62,705 nt of DNA from Octopus bimaculoides (taxonomy: Eukaryota), in assembly GCF_001194135.2 (NCBI RefSeq), contig NC_068982.1, positions 103,343,621-103,406,325 on the forward strand. The letters run 5' to 3'. The notes beneath the pieces were generated by a model. That model saw nothing but the letters and a program-made list of their open reading frames with translations, was not told where the DNA came from and did not search any database. Position numbers and translations under genes: made by a program. Positions 27,322 through 40,366 of the stretch are shown here, piece after piece; the first letter of the stretch is position 1, and each line of letters opens with the position of its first letter.

Positions 27322-28427
27322 AAAAATTTCATCTTCTTACAAGTTATAAAGACCCCTCCATGGGGACTTAACACCCACAATTTAGTCATTTTTCCTAAGC
27401 AAAGACGAATACAGTTGTACTATTGGAAGCTATAGGGTCACCCGAACATAACAGATGAGCATTATTTCTAATTCAACGGTACAACAGTGTAAGACTATCC
27501 TTTCAGATATAGTTACATTGTGATTTCTGCAATGTGGTGCATAAATTGTCAAGTAAATGAGACTTATCTTTGCCTCCACTGATTCACTTGCAAAGTGTTG
27601 AGTAAAATTATTTTGTTGCAGACCTCCTTTGAGTCTTTTTATTATCACTGGGTCACACATAGTCTCTGGTTGGTAACATTGATTTCAAGGCCTTCCCATA
27701 TGAGTGACTGGTTGTTCTAAGACATTTATTGATTGTAAATTTTTCTGCCCAGTTACCTATCGGTATAGTGGTCATTTGCAAACTCCAGAGGCGACACTTT
27801 CATTTCCCTTTACTCCAAGCGTCACACGTTATTTCAATTGGGTCATGCCCTTCCAATTGCTATACACCCGTAATGCATCTTACAGCTGTGCCTGTCACCT
27901 GTAGGTGAGGAATCCTACATTGGGGAGTAGTAACGACTAGGCTAGGGTAGCTGACTGATTATCGTGATCATTCGTCTTTTGGTTTCCTGTAGCTTTGCTC
28001 TCTTTTACAAACCCAGTGAACATTCATATATTTCCTATTTCAAAGAAATTCAAACAATACATATTACACCCAAGTTAAAAAAATTCCCAACAATTCAACT
28101 TCTATGGTTGACATTAACACACTCACCCCCAATAGGGCCTTACATCCCACATTTTTCAGCTTCATGAGCTCCATTTTTCAGGAGCAAAATCCTTTTTACA
28201 GGTTCCAGAAGACTGAAATTTTGGAATATGCACATAAAGATCAATAGTATGGGATATAGGTCTCATGTTTAGAATTTTCTTAGGGTGTGTAAAGAGGGAA
28301 AGAACCCTCATGTGCAATTTTGATGAAATTCGAATCATATGTATTCCAGTTCCTTACACAAAATATAAGAGAAAAGTCTCATCCTTCATTTGCATGTAAC
28401 ACAGGCAACGCCGGGTATCTCTGCTAG
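27322..28427 (+). mobile_element. Non-autonomous Helitron-like element, copy 1 (about 1.1 kb)
   Basis: Collinear with 37269-38376. Ends GGCAACGCCGGG...CTAG|T (short hairpin plus CTAG, a Helitron-type 3' end). Confidence 0.65.
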
Positions 28428-29176
28428 TACATATATATATGTATATGTATATGTGTGTGTATGTGCGTGTGTTGTGTGTCTGTGTTTGTACCCCCAGCAT
28501 CGCCTGACAACCGATGTTGCTATGTTTATGTCCCTTTAACTTAGGCATTTGGCAAAACACAGTGACAGAACAAGTAGTAGGCTCACAAAGAATAAATCTT
28601 GGGATCAATTTCTTCGACTATAGGTGGTGCTCTGGTATGACAGCACTCACAAGATTGAAACAAATATGACAATAAAAAACTATGCCATTTTAATCCTGAG
28701 CAATGCCGGCTCTCTCTGCTAGTTATATACTATAATGGATTCTCATAGTGAGGTTAAATTGGTGTGGCAAGAGGAAATGGATACATTTGGTGGTGGTGGG
28801 CATCATGTTATTGTATACATTCATATATCATACATACCTTCACTATAGTGTACATGTTTTATTTTGCTTGATTTTACTCCAAATATTTCAATATATTTTT
28901 GTTATATGCTGGAATGTTTGGTGTAGTTCTAGGTCAGCTTTGATCAAGCAAACCTATAATCAAACCTTTGATGGTCAAGACATTCCAGGCATGGCTGTCC
29001 TATCTTTTGTGAATCCAATGTATTTTAGAACAAATAATCCGATGTGTCCTCCTTCTTGGCTGCCATTTCTAGTAAGCCAGATGAATACATAGAGGCTGGC
29101 TTGTTGAAATGTTAGATGTTAAAATTATTGGTGAATATTTATTTAAAAATATTTTCGTCTGTTTATTTCTTTACAG

Positions 29177-29248
29177 GGCCAATGGTTTATGGAACATGTT
29201 ATAGTCCTCTTGAAGAGAAAGATCATTTGAAACATCTTGGCTTGGCAG
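29177..29248 (+). CDS. RNASEH2A: RNase H2 subunit A, exon 2 (72 nt, phase 1-1): (G)PMVYGTCYSPLEEKDHLKHLGLA
   Basis: tttctttacAG acceptor and G|GTGAGC donor. Translation matches RNase H2A 'GPMVY..CY.P' after the DEAGRGP motif. The phase joins exon 3 to give the DSK motif. Confidence 0.95.
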
Positions 29249-29420
29249 GTGAGCTTTATTTATAGAATTTTAATGCCAGTAGTGGTGTTTGTAAAGGTAA
29301 TGATGACGATAATGATAATTTGTATTTAAATTAGACGAGTTCTTTCAGTCATTCACTTATTAACAGTATCTTAGGTAAATACACTGATTTCTTTCTCTCT
29401 TCCCAACTTTTCTTTTACAT

Positions 29421-29589
29421 AAGCGCAGGTGTGGCTGTGTGGTAAGAAGTTTGCTTTCCAACCATATGGTTCCAGATTCAGTCCCACTGTGTGGCACCTT
29501 GATAAGTGCCTTCCACTCTAGCCTCAGGTTGACCAAAGCCTTGTGAGTGGATATGGTAAATGGAAACTGAAAGAAACATGCCATATGTA

Positions 29590-29627
<38 letters not shown>

Positions 29628-29751
29628 GTGAGAATTGACAAAAAAACAAAAGACGAAGACGGGTGTGTAAACAACAAACAGATTTATTAGTTTAATGCTT
29701 GGGAAGTGAGAAAGTCTTTTACATTTCGAGCCTTCACTCTTCAACAGAAAG

Positions 29752-29794
<43 letters not shown>

Positions 29795-30020
29795 AATCAA
29801 TCAATTTGTGTGTGTGTTTATGTTTGTTTCCCACCACTACTTGACAGCCCGTGTTGGTGTGTTCATGTCCCCGTAACTTAGTGTTTCGGCCGAATATACC
29901 AATAGAATAGGTGCCAGGCTTAGAAAAAAGAAGTACTGTGATCGATTCATTTGACTAAAAACTCTTCCAAGGCAGTGCCTTAGCATGGTTGCAGTCTAAT
30001 GACTGAAACAAGTAAAACAT
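29421..30020 (+). mobile_element. tRNA-headed CORE-type SINE (OR2-like) with internal microsatellite
   Basis: Head GCAGGTGTGGCTGTGTGG...GGTTCAGTCCC, then the CORE-like GCACCTTGGGCAAGTGTCTT motif, (TG)/(TA)n and a shared 3' segment. Other copies or fragments near 5440, 7190, 8100, 13810, 15735, 21012, 30620, 32085, 35964, 40680, 43830, 60475. Confidence 0.75.
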
Positions 30021-31468
30021 AAACGATAGCTGTAAACCCCCACCACAAAAGTCAACAGTCAAATCTATGGGAAACCTTTATTGCACATACAGGGCTCACA
30101 TTTACTATGTTAATGCTGTGTATGGTAGTGTTGTTGTCAGATGAGAGCATCTGGCTATGAGTTAGAACTCTTTGACTGTCATCAAAGGATTACACAAACC
30201 TTTTTCCTCTCAGACCTCAAACAACTGATCCATCACCAGAAATTCAACTCATGTTCTCACGTCCATCACTGTTTCCAACCCACCCCAGCAACTAATGATC
30301 TCTGAGTCTTATCTATATTCCTTTATTGCTTTACTTGTTTCAGTCATTTGATTATAGTCATGCTGGAGCACCATCTTTGGAAGGTTTTAATTGAACAAAT
30401 CAACTTCAGGACTTATTTTTTGAGCCTAATACTCATTCTGTCAGTTTCTTTTGCTGAACTGCTGAGTTACATGGGTGTAAACATACCAACACCTGATGTC
30501 AAGCAGTGATAGAGGTGTGTGTGTGTGGGGGGGGTCAAGCACACGCTCACACACACACACACTCACACACACACACACTCACACACACACACACTCACAC
30601 ACACACACACACACACACATTGAACTTCTTTCAGTTTCTGTTTACCAAATCCACTCACAAGGCTTTTGGTTAGCCCAAGGCTATAGTAGAAGATACTTGC
30701 CCAAGGTGCCACACAGTGGGACTGAACCTGGAACCATCTATATCATCACATGACCATAGCTGTGCAGTTTTGACATTACCCACCGAGCAGAGCAAGCTGG
30801 CTTCATTTCTTTCAAGCCTTTGCATGTCCTCTATACTCATAGTCCATGTTTCACTGCCATGTCGCATAGCTGTATGTACACAGGCATCATACATTCTGTC
30901 TTTCACTCTTAGGGAAATGCCCTTTGACCTTTTGACCCATTGTTACCAACAAAGATAGTAGCTCTCTGAACTGTTCTTATTCTCGCAACTATGCTTTCAG
31001 AACTTCTCCACTGTTAACCTGGTCGCCTAGGCAATGGAAGCTACTACTTACATTCTTAGTGCTTATTGTACCTGCACATCTGCCACACAAAAAGACATCT
31101 TTCTCTGTTAACCTTTCCGTGACAACACTGTACATCTTATGTGTCCATAGCTTGCACTGGGCACACTGTATGGAGTATCAACCAGACTATTGGTTGTTGT
31201 TACACACTGATGTTCTCGATACACTTCCTTGCATTGTTGTAACTTTCAAATGATGCCACCCTGCTGCTAGGCTGATAGGTCAACATTTTCCCTGAATAGA
31301 ATGCCATTCCATCTCAAGGTTACTCATTTATAGCTGAGTGGTCTTGGGCATTGTGAAATGAAATGTTTTGCTCAAGATCACAATGCACTGCCTGTCTGGA
31401 AATTGAAACCACAATCTCGCAATCATAAATGCACTACCATAATCACAAGACCATGCATCTTCTCCTCC

Positions 31469-31521
<53 letters not shown>

Positions 31522-31599
31522 ATTTATTTACTATAATCATTGACAGATTATGTAATTTTGTCTCTATTTTGAAATCTTTATCCATTTTGGTGTTTTCAG

Positions 31600-31729
31600 A
31601 TTCAAAAACCTTAACAGAAGAAAAGAGAGAGAGTATTCTGGAAAAAATGACAACTGATTCTGTTGACAAGATAGGCTGGATGGTTCATATTCTTTCTCCA
31701 ACTTTTATTTCTAACAGTATGTTGAAAAG
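31600..31729 (+). CDS. RNASEH2A: RNASEH2A exon 3 (130 nt, phase 1-2): DSKTLTEEKRESILEKMTTDSVDKIGWMVHILSPTFISNSMLK(R)
   Basis: tgttttcAG acceptor, AG|GTCAGT donor. Contains the DSK(T)L motif and 'GW...LSP..IS..ML'. Confidence 0.96.
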
Positions 31730-32260
31730 GTCAGTTATTGAAATATTTCACTTTCATTTTAGACCCATATTTCTTTGAATAAATAAGTGGATATAAATTC
31801 TCATGAATCATAGTATGAGAAAAATGTCAAGTGTGAACAATCCTCATGATTATCATCTTAAGGTATTTCAGGACATTAGTGTACGTGCGAGTGTTTGTTT
31901 GTGTTTGTAGGCCAGTTTTTGTTGCTATTTTCTCTTTTTGTTTGTTGGTTACTGGATTTTGTAAAAATCTCTTTTCCTAATTTGGTATAGGGCAATGATT
32001 CTCAAAATGAAAGTGCCAACCCCACCACACCTGAAATTTTTTTGTTGCCACTCCTCACTGGTTATTAAGGAAGAGACAAAATAGACTCATAAGTATGGTT
32101 GTGTGATTAAAAAGGTTGCTTCCCAACCACATGGTTTTCAGGTTCAGTCCCACTGTGTGGCACCTTGGGTAAGTGTCTTCTACAATAGCCCTAGGCCAAA
32201 CATAGCCTTGTGAATGGATTTGGTTGATGGAAACGGAAAGAAGTTTGTTGTGTGTGTATG

Positions 32261-32707
32261 TGAGGAATACTGAAAAGTTTCTGGGTTTATGGGTATTGTG
32301 GAAGGCCTGATTGGAGACCCAACATTCCAAGTTCTTTTACAGGGCTTAGAAAAAATTGTAGGATCACTGTAATAAGTGTGAATCTGAGAGGGGAATATGT
32401 TGAATAAAACCATAATTAACTGATCCTCTTGTATTTTCTTTTACTCAAAGCCAGGAACTATTCAGCAATCCCCTCATACGTATATACAAATGAGGGGTTG
32501 CTGAAAAGTTCCTGGCTTTAAGGGTATCTTGAAAGGCCTGATTGGAGGCCTAACCTTCCGAGTTCTTTTATAAGGCTTAGAAAAACTGAAGGTTCATTGC
32601 AATAAGTGTGTGAATCTGAGAGGAGAATATGTTCAATAAAAACATAATTAATTGATCCTTGAGTATTTTCTTTTATCCAAAGCCAGGAACTTTTCAGCAC
32701 CCCCTTG
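32261..32707 (+). mobile_element. Two tandem internally deleted mariner MITEs (32261-32476 and 32491-32707)
   Basis: TIRs (C/T)GAGGGG(T)TGCTGAAAAGTTCCTGGCTTT with flanking TA. The interior keeps the transposase C-terminus GLEKLKVHCNKCVNLRGEYVQ*. Confidence 0.8.
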
Positions 32708-33745
32708 TATGTAATTGTGCAAGGAGGGGTTGCAGGTGCATGAGTTGTGTATATGCATGTGTTTGGGTGGGTCTCTGTTTTGACATTGAGCAGTAGCTGT
32801 AAATGAATATTGCCATCATTCAGGTGGTAACCTTCTTTCTTCTTATTTCTTTATTGCCCACAAGGGGCTAAACATAGAGGGGACAAACAAGGACAGACAA
32901 ACGGATTAAGTCGATTATATCGACCTCAGTGCATAACTGGTAAAACTTGTGAAAACTTGCATCTAGCTATGGAGAAATATTTCTTATTTCTTTACTGCCT
33001 ACAAGGGGCTACACACAGAGGGGACAAATAAGGACAGACAAATGGATTAAGTCGACTATATCGACCCCAGTGCGTAACTGGTACTTATTTAATTGACCCT
33101 GAAAGGATGAAAGGCAAAGTTGACCTCGGTGGAATTTGAACTCAGAACGTAGCGGCAGACGAAATACCGCTAAGCATTTCGCCCGGCGTGCTAACGTTTC
33201 TGCCAGCTCGCTGCCTTAGAATATTTAAAATATTAAAATACGGAGAAATTTTTCTTTGCTTTGAAGCAAGTGAAGGTTGGCAACAAGAAGAGCATCTAGT
33301 TGTAGAAAATTCGCCTCAACAAATTCCACCCTGCCTATGTGAGCAAGGAAAAGTGGAAATTAATCTGATGGTGATGACGATGATTTATGTCTTCTTTTGA
33401 ATCCCCTTGACTCCCCTGTTCCTGCCATGAGAAACATTGGTATACTCAGCAGCTGAGTTAATAGTAGTGTTGTACAATAGAGGGCTAGATATTAGGAAGA
33501 TGAGTTGTAGAGAAGGTTTGACAGAGACAAATGCATAGCAAGTGACATTATCTGAGATCATGTGCTGAAACAAAAATAATTACAGCGTGGAAAGCGTTTA
33601 TAAGCCAAACACAGAATTTTGTCAGTGAACAGGTTGTGGTTTCAAAGAGACGAAAATATTTTGACAAATTAAATTTAAATGTTGAAGTGAATCTAGCGTT
33701 TTTTTGTGTGTTTTCAAATGGCTTATAAACACCCTCCATGCTGCA

Positions 33746-33813
<68 letters not shown>

Positions 33814-34165
33814 GATGAGAATGTGTGTGTGACTGTCTGTCTGTCTGTCTGAATCTCTAAAACTTCAGAACTACACAACCAATTTCATTCAAATTTTACA
33901 CATGCCTTACTTAGGGTCCATGTAGTGTCATAGGCCAAAATTTTTTTTAACTTCTTGCCTAGTGCAAGCCCAGAGCAATATCATATCTTTTCCACTATTT
34001 CAGTATTACGTGTCGGAAGTGAAACAATAAGTTTCACTTTTATACTGAAACTATTAAAGTGAAACTATTATCTCACATATATACAGGCATACATACATAT
34101 ATAAATACATATATATAATATATATATATATATTATGTATACGTATAGATGTATATGTATAGATG

Positions 34166-34274
<109 letters not shown>

Positions 34275-34285
34275 TCACACACACA

Positions 34286-35597
34286 CAGGGTGGGGAAGTA
34301 AAATTTACAATGAACGTTAAGTTGTTTTTTCTCAGCAGGCACTAAGTCAATTGTTTTGAAACCTAGCATATATTGATGTCAGAATCATACCTGACACTAT
34401 TATCCTTACCTTTTCATAAACTTTTGCCCATGTGAGTAATCAGGAAAGCAAATGTCAAAGAGTATGTGATTTGCTGAATGCACTCGTTACACCAAAGGAG
34501 ATTTCAAGAATAGTTGGAGTGCCCATAAAGGCTGATTATAATGTAAAGAATAGAATGGCTATAAGCAAAACTATTACGAGAAAGTCTGGAAATGGAGGAA
34601 TCAACAAAAAACGTACCAAAGCTTTTATTAAAGCTCTCAAATCCCAAATCCTAAAAGATGCAACCAATTCCATGAGAAAAATGGCAATTGGACATGAGGT
34701 AGACAACAAGACCATTCGAAATGCAATAAAATATGATTTGAAGTTAAAATCGTACACAAGAACACCAAAACACTTGTTGACAACAGCTATGAAGGACAAG
34801 AGATTGGAAAGGTGCAAGAAAATTATTACATGGTTCAAGAAAAAGTCCTCCATTGTAACGATCTTTTCAGATGAAAAGATCTTCACTGTCGATGCTTTTC
34901 TGAACCACTGAAATGACAGATTTATCGCAAAACCGACAGCTGAGATTAAGGGGACATTCAAAACAAAACATCCTGCTCAAGTTATGGCATTTGGTGTTGT
35001 GGCTTCCGATGGAAAGAAAATGCCTATAAAATTCTACAAAGCTGATGAAATGATCAATGTTAATACTTACTAGAAGACTCTGAGATACCAGGTATTGCCA
35101 TGGCTTAAAGCAAACTACCCAGATGGTAATTATGTATGGACACAGGATGGTACTCCAGCCCACACAGCTAGAAAAATACATTTCTGCAAGTCCAACTTCA
35201 GCAATTTTTTGGAATCATGTTTATGGTCGCCTTCTAGCCCAGATCTAAACCCTCTGGATTATGCTATTTGTGGCGTTTTAGAACATGCTAACAATAGAAC
35301 ATCACACAGCAATGTCGACTCTCTTAAAGATACTATTAAANNNNNNNNNNGCTATTTGTGGCGTTTTAGAACATGCTAACAATAGAACATCACACAGCAA
35401 TGTCGACTCTCTTAAAGATACTATTAAAGAAGAATGGGAGAAGTTGTCTCCCAAATATTTGAGGAACACTTACGCAAGTTTCAGGAAGCGTGTGAAGGCA
35501 GTTATTGAAAAAGAAGGAGGACACATGGAATAAAAACATTTTCTATGATGTAAATTTTCTTGTGGGAAATAAATTCTCATGACCTTCAATAAACTAA
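34286..35597 (+). mobile_element. Near-full-length DD37D-family (maT) transposon in RNASEH2A intron 3
   Basis: Starts CAGGGTGGGGAAG. One reading frame from ATG 34432 with two in-frame stops: IFSDEKIFTVD, KHPAQVMAFGVVASDG, WTQDGTPAHTA...SPDLNPLDY (36 residues between D2 and D3 here). The right end runs into a gap. Confidence 0.9.
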
Positions 35598-35824
35598 NNN
35601 NNNNNNNNNNNNNNNNNNNNNNNNNNNNNNNNNNNNNNNNNNNNNNNNNNNNNNNNNNNNNNNNNNNNNNNNNNNNNNNNNNNNNNNNNNNNNNNNNNNN
35701 NNNNNNNNNNNNNNNNNNNNNNNNNNNNNNNNNNNNNNNNNNNNNNNNNNNNNNNNNNNNNNNNNNNNNNNNNNNNNNNNNNNNNNNNNNNNNNNNNNNN
35801 NNNNNNNNNNNNNNNNNNNNNNNN

Positions 35825-35885
<61 letters not shown>

Positions 35886-37268
35886 TGTACATGTAATATG
35901 TACTCATATATATATACACATATATATACAGGCATACATATATATACCCATACACACACACATAGGTGCAGGTATGGCTGTGTGGTAAGAAATTTAGTTC
36001 CAAAACACATGGTCCTGGGTTCAGTCCCACTGTGTGGTGACTTGGCATGTGAGTTCTGCTCTAGTCTCAGACCAACCAAAGCCTTGTGAGTGGATTTCGT
36101 AGACAGAAACTGAAAGAAATCAGTTGTATATATATGTATGTATTTATGTAAGTGTATGTGTGTGTCTTTGTCGCTGTGTTTCTCCCTCATCACTGCTTCA
36201 CAACTGCTGTTCGTTTATTTACATCCCCATAACTTACTGGTTTGACAAGAAGAAACTGATAGAATAAGTATTAGGCATATCAAAATATATATATAAAAAA
36301 AGCACTAGGCAGTGTCTCACTTTTGTNNNNNNNNNNNNNNNNNNNNNNNNNNNNNNNNNNNNNNNNNNNNNNNNNNNNNNNNNNNNNNNNNNNNNNNNNN
36401 NNNNNNNNNNNNNNNNNNNNNNNNNNNNNNNNNNNNNNNNNNNNNNNNNNNNNNNNNNNNNNNNNNNNNNNNNNNNNNNNNNNNNNNNNNNNNNNNNNNN
36501 NNNNNNNNNNNNNNNNNNNNNNNNNNNNNNNNNNNNNNNNNNNNNNNNNNNNNNNNNNNNNNNNNNNNNNNNNNNNNNNNNNNNNNNNNNNNNNNNNNNN
36601 NNNNNNNNNNNNNNNNNNNNNNNNNNNNNNNNNNNNNNNNNNNNNNNNNNNNNNNNNNNNNNNNNNNNNNNNNNNNNNNNNNNNNNNNNNNNNNNNNNNN
36701 NNNNNNNNNNNNNNNNNNNNNNNNNNNNNNNNNNNNNNNNNNNNNNNNNNNNNNNNNNNNNNNNNNNNNNNNNNNNNNNNNNNNNNNNNNNNNNNNNNNN
36801 NNNNNNNNNNNNNNNNNNNNNNNNNNNNNNNNNNNNNNNNNNNNNNNNNNNNNNNNNNNNNNNNNNNNNNNNNNNNNNNNNNNNNNNNNNNNNNNNNNNN
36901 NNNNNNNNNNNNNNNNNNNNNNNNNNNNNNNNNNNNNNNNNNNNNNNNNNNNNNNNNNNNNNNNNNNNNNNNNNNNNNNNNNNNNNNNNNNNNNNNNNNN
37001 NNNNNNNNNNNNNNNNNNNNNNNNNNNNNNNNNNNNNNNNNNNNNNNNNNNNNNNNNNNNNNNNNNNNNNNNNNNNNNNNNNNNNNNNNNNNNNNNNNNN
37101 NNNNNNNNNNNNNNNNNNNNNNNNNNNNNNNNNNNNNNNNNNNNNNNNNNNNNNNNNNNNNNNNNNNNNNNNNNNNNNNNNNNNNNNNNNNNNNNNNNNN
37201 NNNNNNNNNNNNNNGCTGTCGATGAAATTTTAACCAAAGATATTAGACACAAATGAAGTAATATTTCT

Positions 37269-38376
37269 AAAATTTCATCTTCTTAGAAGTTAGAAAGACC
37301 CCTTCATGGGGACTTAACACCCACAATTTATCTAAGCAAAGACAAATACAGTTGTACTCTTGGAAGCTGTAGGGTCACATGAGTATAAAAGATGAGCATT
37401 ATTTGTAATTCAACGGTACAACAGTGTAAGACTATCCTTTCAGATATACTTACATTGTGATTTCTGCAATGTGGTGCATAAATTGTCAAGTAAATGAGAG
37501 GCATCTTTGCCTCCACTGATTCAGTTGCAAAGTGTTGAGTAAAGTTATTTGGTTGCAGACCTCCTTTGAGTCTTTTTATTATCACTGGGTCACACATAGT
37601 CCCCAGATGGTAACATTTATTTCAAGACCTTCCCAGATGAGTGACTGGTTATTCAAAGACATTTATAGCTTGCAAATTTATTCTGTGCAGTTACCTATCG
37701 GTATAGTGGTCATTTGCAAACTCCAGAGGTGACACTTTAATTTTCCTTAGCCCTCACGCCACACAGTTGTTAATGTTTATTTGAGTTGGGTCACACCCTT
37801 CCAATTGCTATAGATCCATAATGCATCTTACGGCTGTGCTTGTCACCTGTATGGTGAGGAATCCTACATTGGGAGTGGTAACGACAAGGATAGAGTAGCT
37901 GACTGCTTATTGTGATCATTTATCTTTTGGTTTCCTGTAGCTTTGCTCTCTTTAACAAACCCAGTGAACATACATATATTTCCTATTTCAAAGAAATTCA
38001 AACAATAGATATAAGACCCAAGTTAAAAGGACTCTCAACAATTCAACTTCTCTGGTTGACATTAAGACACCGACCCCCAATAGGGGCTTTAACTCTCACA
38101 TTTTAGAGCTCCATGACCTCCATTTTTCAGGAGCAAAATCCTTTTAACAGGTTCCATAAGACTGGAATTTTGGAATCTGCGCATAAAGCTCAGTAGTATG
38201 GGATACATGTGTCATGATTAGAATTTTTGTAGGGTGTGTAAAGAGGGAAAGAACCCTCACCTGCAATTTCAATGAAATTCGAATCATAGGTATTCCAGTT
38301 CATTAGAGAAAATATAACAGAAAAGTCTAATTCTTCAGTTGCATGTAACACGGGTAACGCCAGGTATCTCTGCTAG
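37269..38376 (+). mobile_element. Non-autonomous Helitron-like element, copy 2 (RNASEH2A intron 3)
   Basis: Collinear with 27322-28427. Ends CGGGTAACGCCAGG...CTAG|T. Confidence 0.65.
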
Positions 38377-39103
38377 TATATATATATAGATTGAAATTGA
38401 ACCAAATTCGACGACTGGCACCCATGCCAACCTTCCTTCATTGGACACTAAACTCAGCTTGCGAAGACCTTTTGAGGCAAGTGAGATCGAAACTGAACCA
38501 AATTTGATGACTGGCACCTGTGCCAGTGGAGCGCTAACAGCACCATCCAAGCGGTGTCGTTTCCGTGCCAGTGGCACGTAAAATGCACCATTTGAGTGTG
38601 ATTGTTTCCAGCTTCGCCTTACTGGCACTTGTGCTGGTGGCATGTGAACAAAACATTGGACTGACTCCTGTGCAGGTGGCACATAAAAAGACACCATTTG
38701 AGCATGGCCGTTGCCAGTACCGCCGGACTGGCCTTCGTGCCAGTGGCATGTAAAAAGCACCCACTACACTCTCAGAGTGGTTGGCGTTAGGAAGGGCATC
38801 CAGCTGTAGAAACTCGCCAGATCAGATTGGAGTCTGGTGTAGCCATCTGGTTCGCCAGTCCCCAGTTAAATCATCCAACCGATGCTAGCATGGAAAGCGG
38901 ACGTTAAATGATGATGATGATTTAGCCAATGCACACTGTTAGGGTACACACTTTGATGCAAGTCCAAGGAAGTGCCACTAGTGTTTAAAAGTGCAAATAT
39001 TACGTAACTTCTCACATTGAAATTTTGGTCAACATAGATGTGCTAAACTCTTTCTTTCCTTTCTTATTTGGATTGTGTGTGTTATGTATGTATAAAATGA
39101 AGC

Positions 39104-39409
39104 AAAATAGGAAATGTGGAATTTTTTGGTATTATTTATTCACCATTACATGTTTCATTTGCTAATAGGAATTACAAAGTTTTACATATTAGATAGACAT
39201 GTAAGGAATTTCCTATTAGAAGTTCTTCAGACAGAGAAATTAAACGATGTATTATTTAAATTAAATAATGTATTATTTAATTTCTCGGTCTGAAGAATTT
39301 CTAATAGGGAAAATCTGTCTAACTAATATGTAAAACTTTGTAATTCCTGTTAGCAAATGACATGTAATGGTGAATAAATAATACCAAAAAATTTCCAATG
39401 TCCTGTTTT
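39104..39409. repeat. Foldback palindrome: about 140-bp imperfect arms, AT-rich centre
   Basis: For example GGTATTATTTATTCACCATTACATG (39128) pairs with CATGTAATGGTGAATAAATAATACC (39361). Confidence 0.92.
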
Positions 39410-39630
39410 GTTATTCAATAAATCTGCAAATAATATTTCTATAATTCTCAATTTTAACATGTATTTCAAAGTAACATACAACAGCAACTGAGACTACATA
39501 TTGGATTGTAGTAATGGAATAAGCAGATGTGCTTCAAGAGGAAACATCTGGGATTTACCCTAACTACCTATCTACGCACACACACAAAATAAATTCTCTC
39601 ATGTTTATTGTAATTTTTTCCTTATTACAG

Positions 39631-39718
39631 AACAAAGTACAACCTCAATGCTCTTTCCCATGACAGTGCTATTGGATTAATTACAAAAGTTTTGGCACTT
39701 GGAGTCAATGTTACTGAA
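39631..39718 (+). CDS. RNASEH2A: RNASEH2A exon 4 (88 nt, phase 2-0): TKYNLNALSHDSAIGLITKVLALGVNVTE
   Basis: ttttttccttattacAG acceptor, GAA|GTAGGT donor. KYNLN.LSHD.A motif. Confidence 0.96.
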
Positions 39719-39976
39719 GTAGGTTGTTCTACTTACTACAATTCTTATGTGGACCAACTATTGATTATATTGATTGCCTTACTAATCTATTATTAATTGT
39801 CTTTATTTCCATCCATCCATGTATCTCACAATTTAATCTTTTATTTACTTCATAGGGATGTTATGTGTTGTCTTCTTTGAGATGATCAATTTGTAAATTC
39901 TTTCTAAAGTTGTGTGTTAACCTTTTGCCTGTCCTGCGTATCACATGATGTCCATACTTGTCTTGTTTATCACACG

Positions 39977-40366
39977 GTTGTTGTTGTTGGCACTCCGTCG
40001 CTTACGACGTCGAGGGTTCCAGTTGATCCGATCAACGGAACAGCCTGCTCGTGAAATTAACGTGCAAGTGGCTGAGCACTCCACAGACACGTGTACCCTT
40101 AACGTAGTTCTCGGGGATATTCAGCGTGACACAGTGTGACAAGGTTGGCCCTTTGAAATACAAGTACAACAGAAACAGGAAGAAAGAGTGAGAGAAAGTT
40201 GTGGTGGAAGAGTACAGCAGGGTTCGCCACCATCCCCTGCCGGAGCCTCGTGGAGCTTTAGGTGTTTTCGCTCAATAAACACTCACAACGCCCAGTCTTG
40301 GAATAGAAACCATGATCCTATGACCGCGAGTCCGCTGCCCTAACCACTGGGCCATTGCGCCTCCAC
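39977..40366 (-). mobile_element. Young tRNA-derived SINE (about 385 bp, (AAC)n tail), copy 1, in intron 4
   Basis: A/B-box-like head; highly similar to 54962-55345. Confidence 0.9.

Noticed and set aside
29724-29744. Hammerhead-like UUGAAGA...CUC-GAAA on the - strand in a small insert within a SINE microsatellite
   Set aside because: C3 is missing, stem II is about 1 bp and no stem I is evident; at most a decayed Penelope terminus.
35263-35428. Exact 78-bp tandem duplication (35263-35340 and 35351-35428) inside the maT transposase
   Set aside because: It straddles a 10-N gap, the typical signature of unmerged overlapping contig ends.
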